64,000 bases of DNA. It comes from Mobula hypostoma (taxonomy: Eukaryota). Position 1 is the stretch's first letter. Each line of letters begins with the position of its first letter. The stretch is taken from positions 3,844,001 to 3,908,000 of the forward strand of contig NC_086123.1 of NCBI RefSeq assembly GCF_963921235.1, given 5' to 3'. The notes under the pieces are model-generated. The model was not told where the DNA came from and made no database searches. It saw only the letters and a list, made by a program, of their open reading frames with translations. Positions 26,455 through 39,700 of this stretch are shown here, one piece after another. The translations under genes were made by a program, and so were the position numbers.

Positions 26455-27554
26455 GAGTTTTCTGGCCATGCGTTTATGAATTTCCTTGACATTGAATGAC
26501 AAATACTTTCCATCCAAATTGTATCATCCATTTTATTTCCAGGAAATCTAAACATCTTTGATCTCCATATCTGCTATGTTAATGTAATCAATAATCTCAT
26601 TTGCAATCAACACCCTTTATCTTGTTCTCATAGTCTAATGTTATCTGTGACATTAGGGAAGCTAAAGACCTTTATTATTTCAACCTTCCTCCCAGTGAAA
26701 GCACATTATTCTTGTGAATTTCTTCCCATCATTTTAGAAAATAAATTCTGGAATTATCCATATCCATTTTCTTCAGATCTTCTCCAGAGTATTAAAGTTG
26801 CAGCACTTGGGAATCTTATGGAACAGCCGGATGCATATCCTACTCGGACACTGTTCATTCCCTCGCCTAGGCTTTCTTTAAAACCTCATCTGTGGAAGCT
26901 GAGCAGGTACCTGCTCAGTTTCAGGTGATTTTTGTCATTGGATGATCCACCACATGTAATGAGGCTGTTTCTAATTGATGCCATTCTTCTAAAGCCAAAA
27001 ATGATTATAGGCACTGGTAACACTAAGGTGGTGGATGTCCATCTCCTATAATCTACTAACACTGATTTGAGAGCATTTGAGCATGTCTGGTGTTGCAGTT
27101 CCTGTGTAACGCAGTGAGTAAAAGTAGTTTAAGGATGGGATGCCTGGGCTGGAGTGTTTACAACCCACAGACAAAGCAGGCAGGATGTTCAACAAATCTT
27201 CATCTACCTTGCCCACCTCCCAGCCTCCTCCCTCCACTCAGTAAGCAGAGTGCCCATTGCATTTATGACAGGTTATGGTGAGGGACCAAGATAGAGCTCA
27301 GGGAATTTCTGAATTTCTGACATTGAACGAGACAGCAAAATGAAATTGACCGCCTTGAGCTTTGACCTCAGGATCAGCCTTTGAAGGGAAGATATTGCTT
27401 CCATTCACATACATTACGAGCAACAGAGGTCTCATCACGAGTCCCTGCAGAACACTACTGTACTATCTCACCACTACCCTCTGGCGTCTATATGCAAAGC
27501 AATTTTGAATTCAAACTATTAAGTCACCATGGATTCCACCTGCCTTAATCTTCC

Positions 27555-27860
27555 AGACCAGGTTGACATTACCATAAGGAACGATGTTAAATACTGTACT
27601 AAAGTCCATGGACCAAGTTGACATGACCATGAGAAACGATGTTAAATACTGTACTAAAGTCCATGGACCAGGTTGACATGACCATGAGGAACATTGTTAA
27701 ATACTGCACTAAAGTCCATGGACCATGAGGAACATTGTTAAATGCTGCACTAAAGTCCATGGACCATGAGGAACGATGTTAAATACTGTACTAAAGCCCA
27801 TGGGCCAGGTTGACATGACCATGAGGAACATTGTTAAATACTTCACTAAAGTCCATGCAG
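27555..27860 (+). repeat. Minisatellite, about 6 units of 41-55 bp, inside a degenerate CR1
   Basis: Unit GACCAGGTTGACATGACCATGAGGAACGATGTTAAATACTGTACTAAAGTCCATG. Confidence 0.9.
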
Positions 27861-28839
27861 ACAACGTCCCTTCCATCATCAATCACCTATGTCTCCTCCT
27901 TAAGATATCAACACAAAATCATGCTATCGCTAATCAAACTCTGTTTATCCAAATTCTTACATATGGAAGAGAATCCGAAGGGCTTCTGTAGATACATTAG
28001 GAGCAAAATGATAGCAAGGGACAATATTGGTTTTCTTGAAGTTCAACACTGGCTCATCCAATTACACCTCATCCCTCCTGTCGCTGTTGGCCAGTCTCTC
28101 TCCAGGCTGCCTCGGTAAACCTGTGGAAGTGTGCTCATCCTGTCCTGTACATTTATAGTTCACTGAATCACCACTGCTGTTTGAAAGTCACAACCAGAAA
28201 ATTTTAGGCAATAAAATTTAACAGAAGAATTGCTTATCCTGTGGTGTTTTATACTCATGTGGCATTAATATATCACAGTAAGAGCTGACTCCTAGAGTCC
28301 TCTCCCTTTCTCTCTCCCCCTTCCTGCACACTCATCACCATCTTGGGGGTCAATCCATTGACAATGTATGTGAACCATGAACTCCAGTCACTGACCAGCT
28401 CTCCTCTCCTGACTGCAGTAAAACTGTAGCTCACAGATTAAAACTGTAAGTACAATTTCACTGTCATAAACAATCAAACCTGCAGCTGTCCCTTTGTTCT
28501 AACACTGTTTATACACTCACACTCCTCAACTGTCCCGAGCAAATTGTGCCACCCACTTCCCCTTCCGTCTCTGCCAACCGTGCTTGAAGCAATCATTCAA
28601 GATTCAAGATTGATTAATGTCATTTCCAGTACACAAGTGTAAAGGGGAATGTGAATCTTACCACATCACAATTTCACAGTTACAACCCAGAACATTAAAT
28701 ACTCCTTCAGTATTTACAGAGGGTGACTTTGAAAATGTTTGGGTGTGATGAGAGTTTGATCAAATTACACATTCACAATGGAAATATGGGGGAATTATTA
28801 ATATGGAAAAGGACATTCTTCAATAAATTACATCTGCAG

Positions 28840-31279
28840 AGAACAACAAAACTGCTCATACGTTTGCTATGGAGGCATGAGCCGAATTCAGATTGAGAAA
28901 ACAAGACGGTTCAAGATCGGGAAATATGCTTGACAAAGGACATGCAAAGATTGTCCAAGAAAATGGTGAGTATATGAGAGCAGTAGTTGAGTCTCTACGC
29001 TATACTGCGTGCCAAGGCATTGCCCAGTGAGGACACTGGGAGAATGATGGATCTGGCAATAGGGGAAACTTTGTTGAGTTGCTCAGTGTAATTGGGAAGT
29101 TTGATAAGACTGTGGCTAAAAAAAAAATAGAGGACAATCCTGGAAATGCAAAAAACACCCATCACGATATCCAAAATGAAATTATGGGAATTATGGCAGA
29201 TATGGTCAGATGTCAAATAAGTGCAGAAATCAAGGAGGCTGGACATTTTGCCATCATGGTGGATGAAAGTAAAGACAAGTAAAAAGGAGCAAATATCAGT
29301 GATGGTGCGGTGTTTGAATATCGAAACAGCGCTTGAAGAATTCTTGCACTTCACTCCAGCAGAAGGGTTGGACGCAGAGTCGCTTCTTAAAAGCATTAAA
29401 CAGACACTCGCCCAGTGCGTTATTGATAAGAACGCGTGTACAGGTCAGTGTTATGACGGGGTGGCAGTGATGCCCGGGTGCAATAACGGGGTACAAGAGA
29501 GGTTCGGGAAAGAGGTCCCACAGGCATTATATATACACTGCCATGCTCACAGACTTAACCTTGTTTTAGTGGATGTTGTGAGCAATGTACAACAAGTAGG
29601 CGGGTGAGTTTTTTGAAACTGTGCAGCTACTTTACAACTCCTTTACAAATTCTGTTGCCCACGATCTTTTCATGAAGAAACAGAGAACACTGGAATCAAC
29701 TGCACAGCCCATGGAGTTGAAAAAATTGTCAGATACACGCTGGGCATGGCAGTATATAGATTTGTGGGCTATAAGGAAATCACTCCCTGTCATTTGGAGC
29801 TTTCATCCGCTGTGGACTTGGCTCAGTCTGTTATCGATGCACTCTCAGCAAAACGGAAAGAGGAATCATGGAGTGAAATTCAGACAAGAGCTAGGGACCT
29901 GTGCATCAAGGCCGGTATACAGAGGAGACAACATGAAAGGAGACAGGTCCAGCCACCCCGCCGCCTACATGATTTTGTTGTTGAGGCCTAAACTGAACAC
30001 ACACCTGTCACATCCTCTGATGACCTCTGCAAGCACTGTTTCTATCCGGTTATAGACAGACCTCGGACTGAAATGAAAAGACGGTTCTCAGTTGAGACTG
30101 GGGGTGTTCTGACAGGAGTCTCAGCATTGAGTCCCAAACACAAGTTCTTCCTAGACAAGAATTGTCTTTGGCCAATGGCCCAATGCTATGGAGTGACTGA
30201 AGTGAACCTGACTGCAGAGCTACATCAGGTTCGGCGTCTGCTGGAAACAAAACAAAAGCAAGGACAGACAGTGAATGACACAGTGGAATTTCTAGCTCTA
30301 ATGAGACCCTACCACGATGCATTTAGAGATTTATACAAACTAATCTGCATATCACTGACTCTGCCTCATGCAAACGGAGTTTCTCTTGCCTCAAACAGGT
30401 CAAAAACTACCTAAGAAAAAGCAGCGGTGATGCTTGGAACAGCAACTTGGCCCCGTTGGCTATAAACAGCCAGAGGACCAAAGCACTTGACATCCAGAAA
30501 ATCACTGATGCTTTCGCCACCAATCACAACAGATGGACCGTGCTTCTCTGAAAAGATTAATGGTGAGTGCAGTTGATTTTTTTTTAAATTTGGGCCAAGA
30601 TTAATGCTGATTATTATTATTATTTTGTGGTGGCTACCCCATAGTCCTTATGTTTCCTGGAAATCCTATAATATTACATTTACTGCTGTTAAGCCTCCTG
30701 GTTTTGCTTAGACTTCCAAGCGGTGATTCTGTTGATTTTTGTTTTAAATTCAATAGCCAAATTAATTGAGGTATTCTATGGTCAGATTATGATTTGTCCA
30801 ACTCCTGGTAAAGCCTTGCATCTGTTGTTTGCCTTATTTGACTTTAATAACGGTGTATCTTTTGGCATTATCTGTCTATGTAATGCGAATAGCAGTGGAC
30901 ATTGTGGGTTAGCGTTGTGTTTTTCAATTGAAAAGCATGCATTTGATGCTGATTGCGGGATTGGTGCGTGATTCACGTTGTGCGCTGTGGGTCGGATGCT
31001 CTGTTGGTTTGTTTGTTTATACTCTGTGTAGCCCGATTTATCTCTGATGCTGTTGACACTGCCACAGTTCACTCCTATATTATATTTATCAATTGCTGTT
31101 GCTTGTGAATCAACAGAGGCATTGATAGTAGGCACATAATGCTTGAAACTTACTTTTGAACGCCACGCATCTGGTCTTGTGAATACATATTACCATAGGG
31201 TACATCCCTCAGCACCATCACTGAATAATTCAGCCTCACTGTAGCACCAGCAAGAAAAAAATTTCTGGTGCCACCACTG
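28840..31279 (+). mobile_element. hAT transposon (ZMYM1/DUF4371-type transposase), degenerate, 5' end missing
   Basis: GNRGNFVELL, IQNEI, FAIMVDESKD, GQCYDG, YIHCHAHRLNLVL, LSDTRW; stops and frameshifts; 3' TIR ...GCCACCACTG. Confidence 0.9.
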
Positions 31280-31474
31280 TGTAACTCCAACAATTGCACA
31301 GCAGTCAGAAGCTATAACAGGAGTGAATCCTTGCACATGCTCTCGAAGTCACCTACTTCTGTTCTCTTCCATGAAAATACCAGGTGACAGGCATCAGATG
31401 CTTCAAAACCAGAATCAGGTTTAATATCACCGGCCTATGTCGTGAAATTTGTTAATTTTGCAATGCAATACCTG

Positions 31475-32125
31475 GTAATTCTATAGGGCTCTCAGTAATA
31501 CTAGATGGACTGTTAACTGTTAATCGCTTCTTACCAAAATGGCTTCTCTGAGGTGTTATATTAAAATGGCTTCTCGTAATGTTAACTGCTGAGCAAGGGG
31601 TTCTCTGTAACAGCAATATTTGGGTCATACAGTGTGATAATGGAAACTACATTCATTTGTTAGCCAATGGAAGTCATGTTCTGTTATCTTGTATGTGTGT
31701 GCTGAGTTGAGGAGTGCGGGTTTTTTCGGGAGGCGAGCAGAGAGGACGGACGCGTGAGGAATGGACAGTGGTCCCAGGGCGAAGGACACCGGACCTCGGG
31801 GGTTTGGAAGGTGGCCGGAGTCTCGGAAGGACGTTGTGGATGGAATCGGAGGTGTGAGCTCCAACGTATTAAAATATTATGTGCACAAGACTGATAAGTT
31901 ACTTATGTGGCACCTTTTCTTTTAGTTGTTGCTACTAACCCATCACCAAAAATTTGCTATAAAGTATAATTCTTACTCGCACTTTGTATATTATTTCATA
32001 TTTGTGTCGTGGCTGATCACTGGGCGACTCGCACCTTATCCGCACCAAAGCATTTGCCCTGTTTAGCGGGGTCGACGGCTAGTCACCCTAGGCAACGGGA
32101 GTCAGTGGGGGAAAAGGCCGTTTCA
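31475..32125. mobile_element. Insertion of about 650 bp specific to arm B (solo-LTR-like, family unknown)
   Basis: Absent at the paralogous site in arm A (about 54050-54065). Confidence 0.55.
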
Positions 32126-33614
32126 ATTGCTTAATGGGAATTTGGGAATGGTACACTGACTTCAGAACAGGGCACCCTGCCTGGAATTTGGAAAGATGTC
32201 GTTGATTGACCTACTCCAATGGGGCAGACACCAGACTCATTGTGTTAAACAGCCTGACCACTTCCAATTGACCCCATTTGCTGAGGGACGTCTAAGGTCC
32301 ACTTTAACGCTTTCCCCTCTTGTCTTAATTCTGTGCCCGCTAGTTTGAGAGAAGGCAGCATCCATCATTGAGGATGCCCACCACCCAGGACATGCCTTCT
32401 TCATGCTGTTACTGTCGGGGAGGAGATACAGAAGCCTGAAGTCACACACTCAGTGATTCAGGAACAGCTTCTTCCCCTCTGCCATCCGATTCCTAAATGG
32501 ACATTGAACCCATGAACACTACCTCACTACTTTGTTATTTCTGTTACAGTATTTTGTACTACTTGTTTTATCTTAACTATTTATCAGACATATAGATACC
32601 AAATGCCACTCAGGTTAATTCTCTATATTTATTTATCATGTATGGCATTGTACTGCTGATGTAAAGTTATGACCTATGCCGGTGATGTTAACCTGATTCT
32701 GATTCTGACCCTGTAGTACAACCTCATTAATGTGATCACTGCCGTCTTACTTCTGGTTCAGTGTTGGAAATTCATTTGGTGCTCTACTTGTTTATAAGCA
32801 CATGGGTGGTGGGGAGTGGGGAGGGGTGGTAATGGAATAGGTGAAGGTTTTGTCTGAGTTGTGCCTATGGGATGGAAACACTCCAGGAGAAGTCCCAGCC
32901 TGTGCTTCCCGTCCTTTGACTGGTTTTCCTCGTTGTGGTACATGTGGTGTGATACAAGAGTGAGACGCCAGGCATGTTTCAATGCTCTCAAATCAGGTTT
33001 AATTGATTATAGAAGATACATGCCCATCACCTTAATATTATGAGTGGCACCAGCAACGTCATTGCAAACAATCTCCGAGTATAATCACAACTGGATTTCC
33101 AAGTGCAGCTTCCAATCATTATTGTGTTTAGATGCCCTGTAAGGAACCAACTGAGCATCTGTTGTGGGCCATCCCAAAGTTTTCATCACCTTGATGTGAA
33201 CAGAATTTTCCTCAGGTTCCACAGCTGAGGCTTTAAGGAAAGCCTGGGCTGAGGGAATGATTATCATCCCAGTTCAATTTATTCCTGGTTGTTGAATGGG
33301 ATTTGTTTTAGTGAAAATATCAGCAAAATTGACATGATACTTTCAGATTTTGGTTTATAAAGTAACCAGTATGTGCTTTCATTGGGAGAAAGATTAAAGT
33401 GATGAAAATCTTTATCTTTCTGAGTGGCACAAATAATGTAAGACAGGATAAGGAGTGTTGGATTTAAATCAGATTATTGATTATAGTATCATTGTTAATA
33501 TGGAGTTCAAAGATGTTTGAGTTCCTGGAAATAAAACAGATGACACAATTTGGAAGGAAAGTATTTGTTAGATAAATTCAAGAAAAATCATAACCACATG
33601 GTCAGATCGACCTC

Positions 33615-33733
33615 CTATTTGCATCGAGATTGACTGATGCCTTTATTCTCAATGTTGTATTTTGCTTTCGAGAAGCAGATGGCCGCCTTTCGATCACATT
33701 CACAGATAAACTTCGCGCAGTGATAATTACCAC
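33615..33733 (-). CDS. PLA2G1B: PLA2 copy B exon 4
   Basis: 119 nt; [41 protein letters not shown]. Confidence 0.9.
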
Positions 33734-36700
33734 CTGAAAGGAAGCATATTCAAAATAATCCATTATATTAATGATATAGTATTTGCCTTGGATTATGAAA
33801 GAATGAAAGATAATTTTATATTTTAATATATTTTGATAATTCAGCTTACATCTATATAGTATGTGCAACATTCTAATCATTATATAAATGTTCTGTAAAC
33901 AGTTTAAAATACTAATTGTAATTTGGGTTTTTAATTTCATTGTGATGATCTCATCATTTCTAGAGTCAATAGATCCTTTTAAACTGATGTCAGACATGCA
34001 TTGACATCAGAATAACACTTTCAAATCCCTTACTCACTCTTCCTTCAGTTAGTCCTGACGAAGGGTCTCGGCCTGAAACGTCGACTGCACCTCTTCCTAG
34101 AGATGCTGCCTGGCCTGCTGCGTTCACCAGCAACTTTTACGTGTGTTGCTTGAATTTCCAGCATCTGCAGAATTCCTGTTGTTTAAATTTTTCATCTGTC
34201 TGGTGAGGAGATTGTACGTAACAAAAGAGCTTGGGAGAAACCTCTTTTAATGTGATCAGAATTGTCCTGCAAATATCAGCTTAGATATTTTATCTGGTAA
34301 CATACATCAAAGTTGCTGGTGAACGCAGCAGGCCAAGCAGCATCTATAGGAAGAGGCGCAGTCGACGTTTCAGGCCGAGACCCTTCGTCAGAACTAACTG
34401 AAGGAAGAGTAAGTAAGGGATATTTTATCTGGTCATGGCTCCATTGGGATCTTGCTGCAAACAAACTAGTCACAGCATTTTTAATGCATTCTGTAAAATG
34501 CTGAGGTAAAGTGAAGCAAAAATATTCCTCCTTTTATTCATCTGAATCCATTTTCTGTGGGTGAATTTTGAAACCACAGCAGGGATCACAGGACAGATAT
34601 GGAGAGGGTGTTTCCTGTACTGATGGGAAATAGAATCAGGGGTCACTGGCGCAGATTAAGGGCAAACCATTGCGGGTTCAAACTGGGGGAAGATCCTGTG
34701 CCAGAGGGCTGTGGATGCCATGAATTCACTCAAAACTGAAGCTGATTAAATTTGATAAATTGGAGGAATCTGGGAATATTGAAATAAGTCAGGAAAAATT
34801 GTTGAACAAGAAGATAAACCTATATCTTGACAAATAGTGCAGCAGGCTTTCAGAGCCAAATATTTACTCAATCTACTATTTCAAATGATTTTTGATGGTG
34901 TCAGTGCTACCAGACGGTACTTACTCATCAATAATGCTCAGTTCATAACTTGCTCTCTGCATATGATCCAGCAATATCTGGGCCCTGACCACTAGCTGGT
35001 GAGTAACATTGACAACACACACGTGTCAGACAATAACCATCTTCAAATAAGGAGTGTAATTCAGCCATCTTTCACGTTCATAGAGTCGTAAAGGTTTTGC
35101 AGCTCTGAGTCAGGCTCTTCGGCCCAACTCATCCATGCTGACCCACTGTCTTTCTATGCTATCCCATCTGCCTGCACGTGGCCCAGATCCCTCTGAAGCT
35201 TTCCAACTATCTTTGAAATATTGTAATTGCTCCCATCTCCTTTGCACCTTCTACATACCCAGCAGCCTCTGGGTGAACAAGTTGTTCCTTTTAAAACTTT
35301 TTCTACTCCCACATTAAACCTAGACCTCTAGTTTTAGACTTTCCTGCCTTGGAAAACGGCTGTGATTTTTTATTTTATCTATGCCTCTCATTATTCTATA
35401 AACCTCCGTAAGGACACTCCTCAGTCTGTGGGACTATGTCAAAGGCCTTGCTAAATTTCATGGACATTCCTTCCTTTCAATCATCAACATAATCACTCCA
35501 AAAATTCCATCACAACACAATTTCACAAGTAGAAAACTATGCAAACTATCCCTCATCAGTTTTCCAGATCAAAGGCTGGTATATGCTGCCTCTTGAAATT
35601 TCCTCTGGGACCTTTCCATCCACTGATCTTCAGTCATTACCATCTCTTTGGCCCCAACATCACCGTTCTGGAATCATAATGTCACAACCGGGGCTCGTTT
35701 AAATTTTTTTTCAGTTAGTATGTGGGTTGTTTTTTCTCAGGTATTCAGACTTCCTTGGATTGCTTACCCTTTATGTCCCATAAGCAAGGAGTTGTCCAGT
35801 ATTAAGGACCCTCACCACCCAGTACATGCCCTCTTCTCATTGTTACCGTCAGGAAGGAGGTACAGAAGCTTGAAGGCACACACGTCAAGACCAGCTTCTT
35901 TCTCTCTGCCACCTGATTTCTAAATGGACATTAAACTTATGAACACTACCCCATTACTTTTTTATTTCCTTTTTTTGTACTATGTATTTAATTTAACTAT
36001 TTAATAAACATATATGTAATTACTGCCATTCAGTTTATTTCTGTATCTATCAGGAGTGGAGAGAATGGGCAATTTCAAGTTCCTGGGTGTCAATATCTCT
36101 GAGGACTTAACCAGGTCACTACATATTGATGCAGCTACAGAGAACATAGAAACATAGAAACTCTACAACACAATACAGGCCCTCTGTCCATAAAGCTGTG
36201 CCAAACATGTCCTTAACTTAGAAATTACCAAGGGTTACCCGTAGCCCTCTATTTTTCTAAGCTCCATGTATCTATCCAGGAGTCTCTTAAAAGACCCTAT
36301 CGTATCCGCCTCCACCACCGTCGCCAGCAGCCCATTCCACGCACTCACCACTCTCTGCGTAAAAAACTTACCCCTGACATCTCCTCTGTACCTACTTCCA
36401 AGCACCTTAAAACTGTGCCTTCTCATGCTAACTATTTCAGCCCTGGCAAAAAGCCTCTGACTATAACACGATCAATGCCTCTCATCATCTTTTACACCTC
36501 TATCAGGTCACCTCTCATCCTCCGTCTCTCCAAGGAAAAAAGGCCGAGGTCACTCAACCTATTCTCATAAGGCATGCTCCCCAATCCAGGCAACATCCTT
36601 GTAAATCTCCTCTGCACCCTTTCTATGGTTTCCACATTCTTCCTATAGTGAGGTGACCAGAACTGAGCACAGTACTCCAAGTGGGGTCTGACCATGGTCC

Positions 36701-39700
36701 TATATAGCTGCAACATTACCTCTCAGCTCCTAAACTCAATCCCATGATTGATGAAGCCCAATGCACAGAACCACAGAAGGCAAGACAGCAGCTATATTTG
36801 ATCTGGAATTTGAGGAAATTTGGTTTGTCAACTAAAACACTCAAAAATTTCTCCAAGTGTACCGTGGAGAGCGTTCTGACTGGCTGCATCACTGTCTGGT
36901 GTGCGGGAGGGGGCTACTGCACAAGATTGAATTAAGTTGCAGAAACCTGTAAAATTAGTCAGCTCCGTCATGTGTACCAGCCTCTGTAGTATCCAAGACA
37001 TCTTCAAGAGTGATGCCTCAGGAAGGCGGCATCCATCATTAAGGACCCTCACCACCCAGTACATGCCCTCTTCTCATTGTTACCATCACGGAGGAGGTAC
37101 AGAAGCCTGAAGACACACACTCAGCAATTCAGGAACAGTTTCTTCCCCTCTGCCATCCGATTTCTAAATGGACATTAATCCCATGAACACCACCTCACTA
37201 CTTCTTTATTTCTGTTATTTTGCACTATTTGTTTAAACTCAATTAATTAATAGACATGTGTATAAAAAAAAAGCACCTCGTGCTTTCCCGGCATATATGA
37301 TGAATAAACTGTTCTTGGGCTTCCAGCTGGGTACCGGTATTGATTATCACTGATGCTTTGATGACGTCAGATATAATTAATACCTGTACTTGGGTAGAAG
37401 CCCAAGAAGAGTTTATTAGACATATATACTTAATGTTAATCAGTTTTTCTGTATATTTATTTATCGTGTATTTCATTGTACTGCTGCTGTAAAGTTAACA
37501 AATTCCACAACATGTGCTGGTGATATTAAACCTGATTCCGATTCGGATTCTAATTATTCTTCTTAGAACTCACTCACTTTGTGTTGCAGGTGTCTCGTTT
37601 GGGATCAGACACTCTCTTTGCATTTATCAATTTTATTCAATTTGGGTAACTGAATCAGCACAGGATTTTCTCTGTCTTTCAGTGTAGTCGTTGACTTGGG
37701 GGTTAATGTTTTGCCTGGGCTCCGGGGCTGTTCTGAATTCCTATGTGTTTCAGGGTGTAGGTCAGGGGAACTGGCCAACCCCTCTTTGCTCAGTCATTGT
37801 GGGCCCTTGTCTGGTGAAACTTTGTCCGAGTTCTTCTGTGTATCTGAGCGATTTCTGTTTGTCAGGATTCTGCATAGTTTGCCTGAGCTCTTGTTAGTTT
37901 TCTTGCTTACTTTCTGTCTTAAATCTGTTGTTGTGTTTGAATTGCCAGAGTCTCTGTGATTTTGCACTGGAGTTCACTGGTGACCCTCACATATAATTCA
38001 CCAAGATGCATTAACGAGTGTTTACAAGAGCAGGTCAGAACTTAAACATCCCATAAGAAGTGATTGATGTCTTACTGCTTGAAGCCTTTCCACCATCAGC
38101 CAGGCGTGGGATATCGCCCCAGTACCTGGGTGAGCGCAGCTCCCAAACACAGAAGGAGCTCGTCATTACTAGTGACAAAGGAACTGATTTCATTGCAACT
38201 CTGTCTGTATGGATGGCATGAAAAACAAAGCTTTTCACTGTGGCTTGTTACCTGCGACAATAATAAACCAAATGAAATGATCTCTACCAATATCCACTAT
38301 CAGCATTCTGTGCTATTGTACAATTCAGCAGCCAGTGTATCTCAGCCAAATCTCCCAGACCAATAACCTTTACCATCTAGAGGGACAGAGATCAGCATCA
38401 CATACAGGTCCCTGCAAGTCTCACACCATCCAGACATGGAACATAACCCGTTCCTCCATCATCACTGGGTCTGAATGCTGGAGCTTCAGCACAAGAGCAT
38501 TGTGGGAGAACCATCACCAGGGCAACTCCAGTGGTTCAAGATGGCAGCTCACCAGCACCGTCACAAAGACAATGAGGGATGGACAAAAGTTGCTGACCAT
38601 GGAAGCAGAGATAAAAATTAGACAATGAGGCACTCTCTGATCATACTCACCTGTACATTCGAGTTTCCCATTTGAGCAGCTGTACTTGTAATATACCATT
38701 TTGGGTGAATAGACTATTCTGCACTTCTCTTTCTTCTCAGCATCTTCATAACAGTTGTCATGGGTCTGGCAGCACCTGTAAAATCACAGATAATGTTTAG
38801 TAGAAAACTCATGGACTAGAGTTAACAGAACACTGTTACAGCAGCCTCCAGTGTCAGACACTTCCCATGTAGAGCTAAGAGTCAGGAGGTGATCTGAGCT
38901 GAGGGTAACTGAGCAGGCTCATATCGTACCAGGGAGTTGAGGAGGAGCTTCACAGTGGGACGTGGAATCAGGATCTGTGGGGACTCAGGCAGGAATGTGG
39001 AAAAGAATTCCTCCAAGTGACATGACCACAATAGACCTGAGAAGGTGACCAATGTTTAGTTCTTCCCTTTTTCTATGGATTGTGTGTGTTCAAGACCCAA
39101 CAACAAGCAACAGACTGATCGACCAGCTGGTTGCCCTCTCTCCTTTCCTTCCTCGCTCCCTTACTAAGGTAGCTACAGTGTCATGGTTCTCTCTTGTGCT
39201 GCCATGATCGAACCCCCTGTTCAATCCTCCAGAAGGACAGAATCCTCCCTGGGAGCAGCTGCTCTGTCCTCGGTGTGTTCCACTACACAGTCCTGAACTC
39301 CTGTACAGACCGGTGGCACTGCAAACCCAGCACTACCCTCTGTACCATCACTGGGGCTCTGAAGTCAACAGGCACTGAGTGTCTCCCAGCCCTAGCAAGT
39401 GTCATTGTCCTCCCCCACCCTCAGCAGGAAACCTTCAGCCCCAGCTGCACCAATCTGTGATCTGTCTCTCGTGATCACTGCAGGACAGACGGCATATCCT
39501 GATCACGGCTCACATCTCAGAAAACACCACTGGAGAGGTTCCAGCAAATCAACTCGCTAAAACCACGATGCAAAAAATTCTTCAACAGAGACCGCATTAC
39601 CAACTCAATGGAGCCAATTTCAGGACTGAAAGTGACACCAAGCAGAAAATTAATACACGGCCATATCTGCACCAACGGAAACTTAACTCAAGTCGGAGTT

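Noticed and set aside
28840-30560. Host ZMYM1/ZNF862-like gene
   Set aside because: Multiple stops and frameshifts, no introns, and a TIR-bearing end repeated at 1-308.
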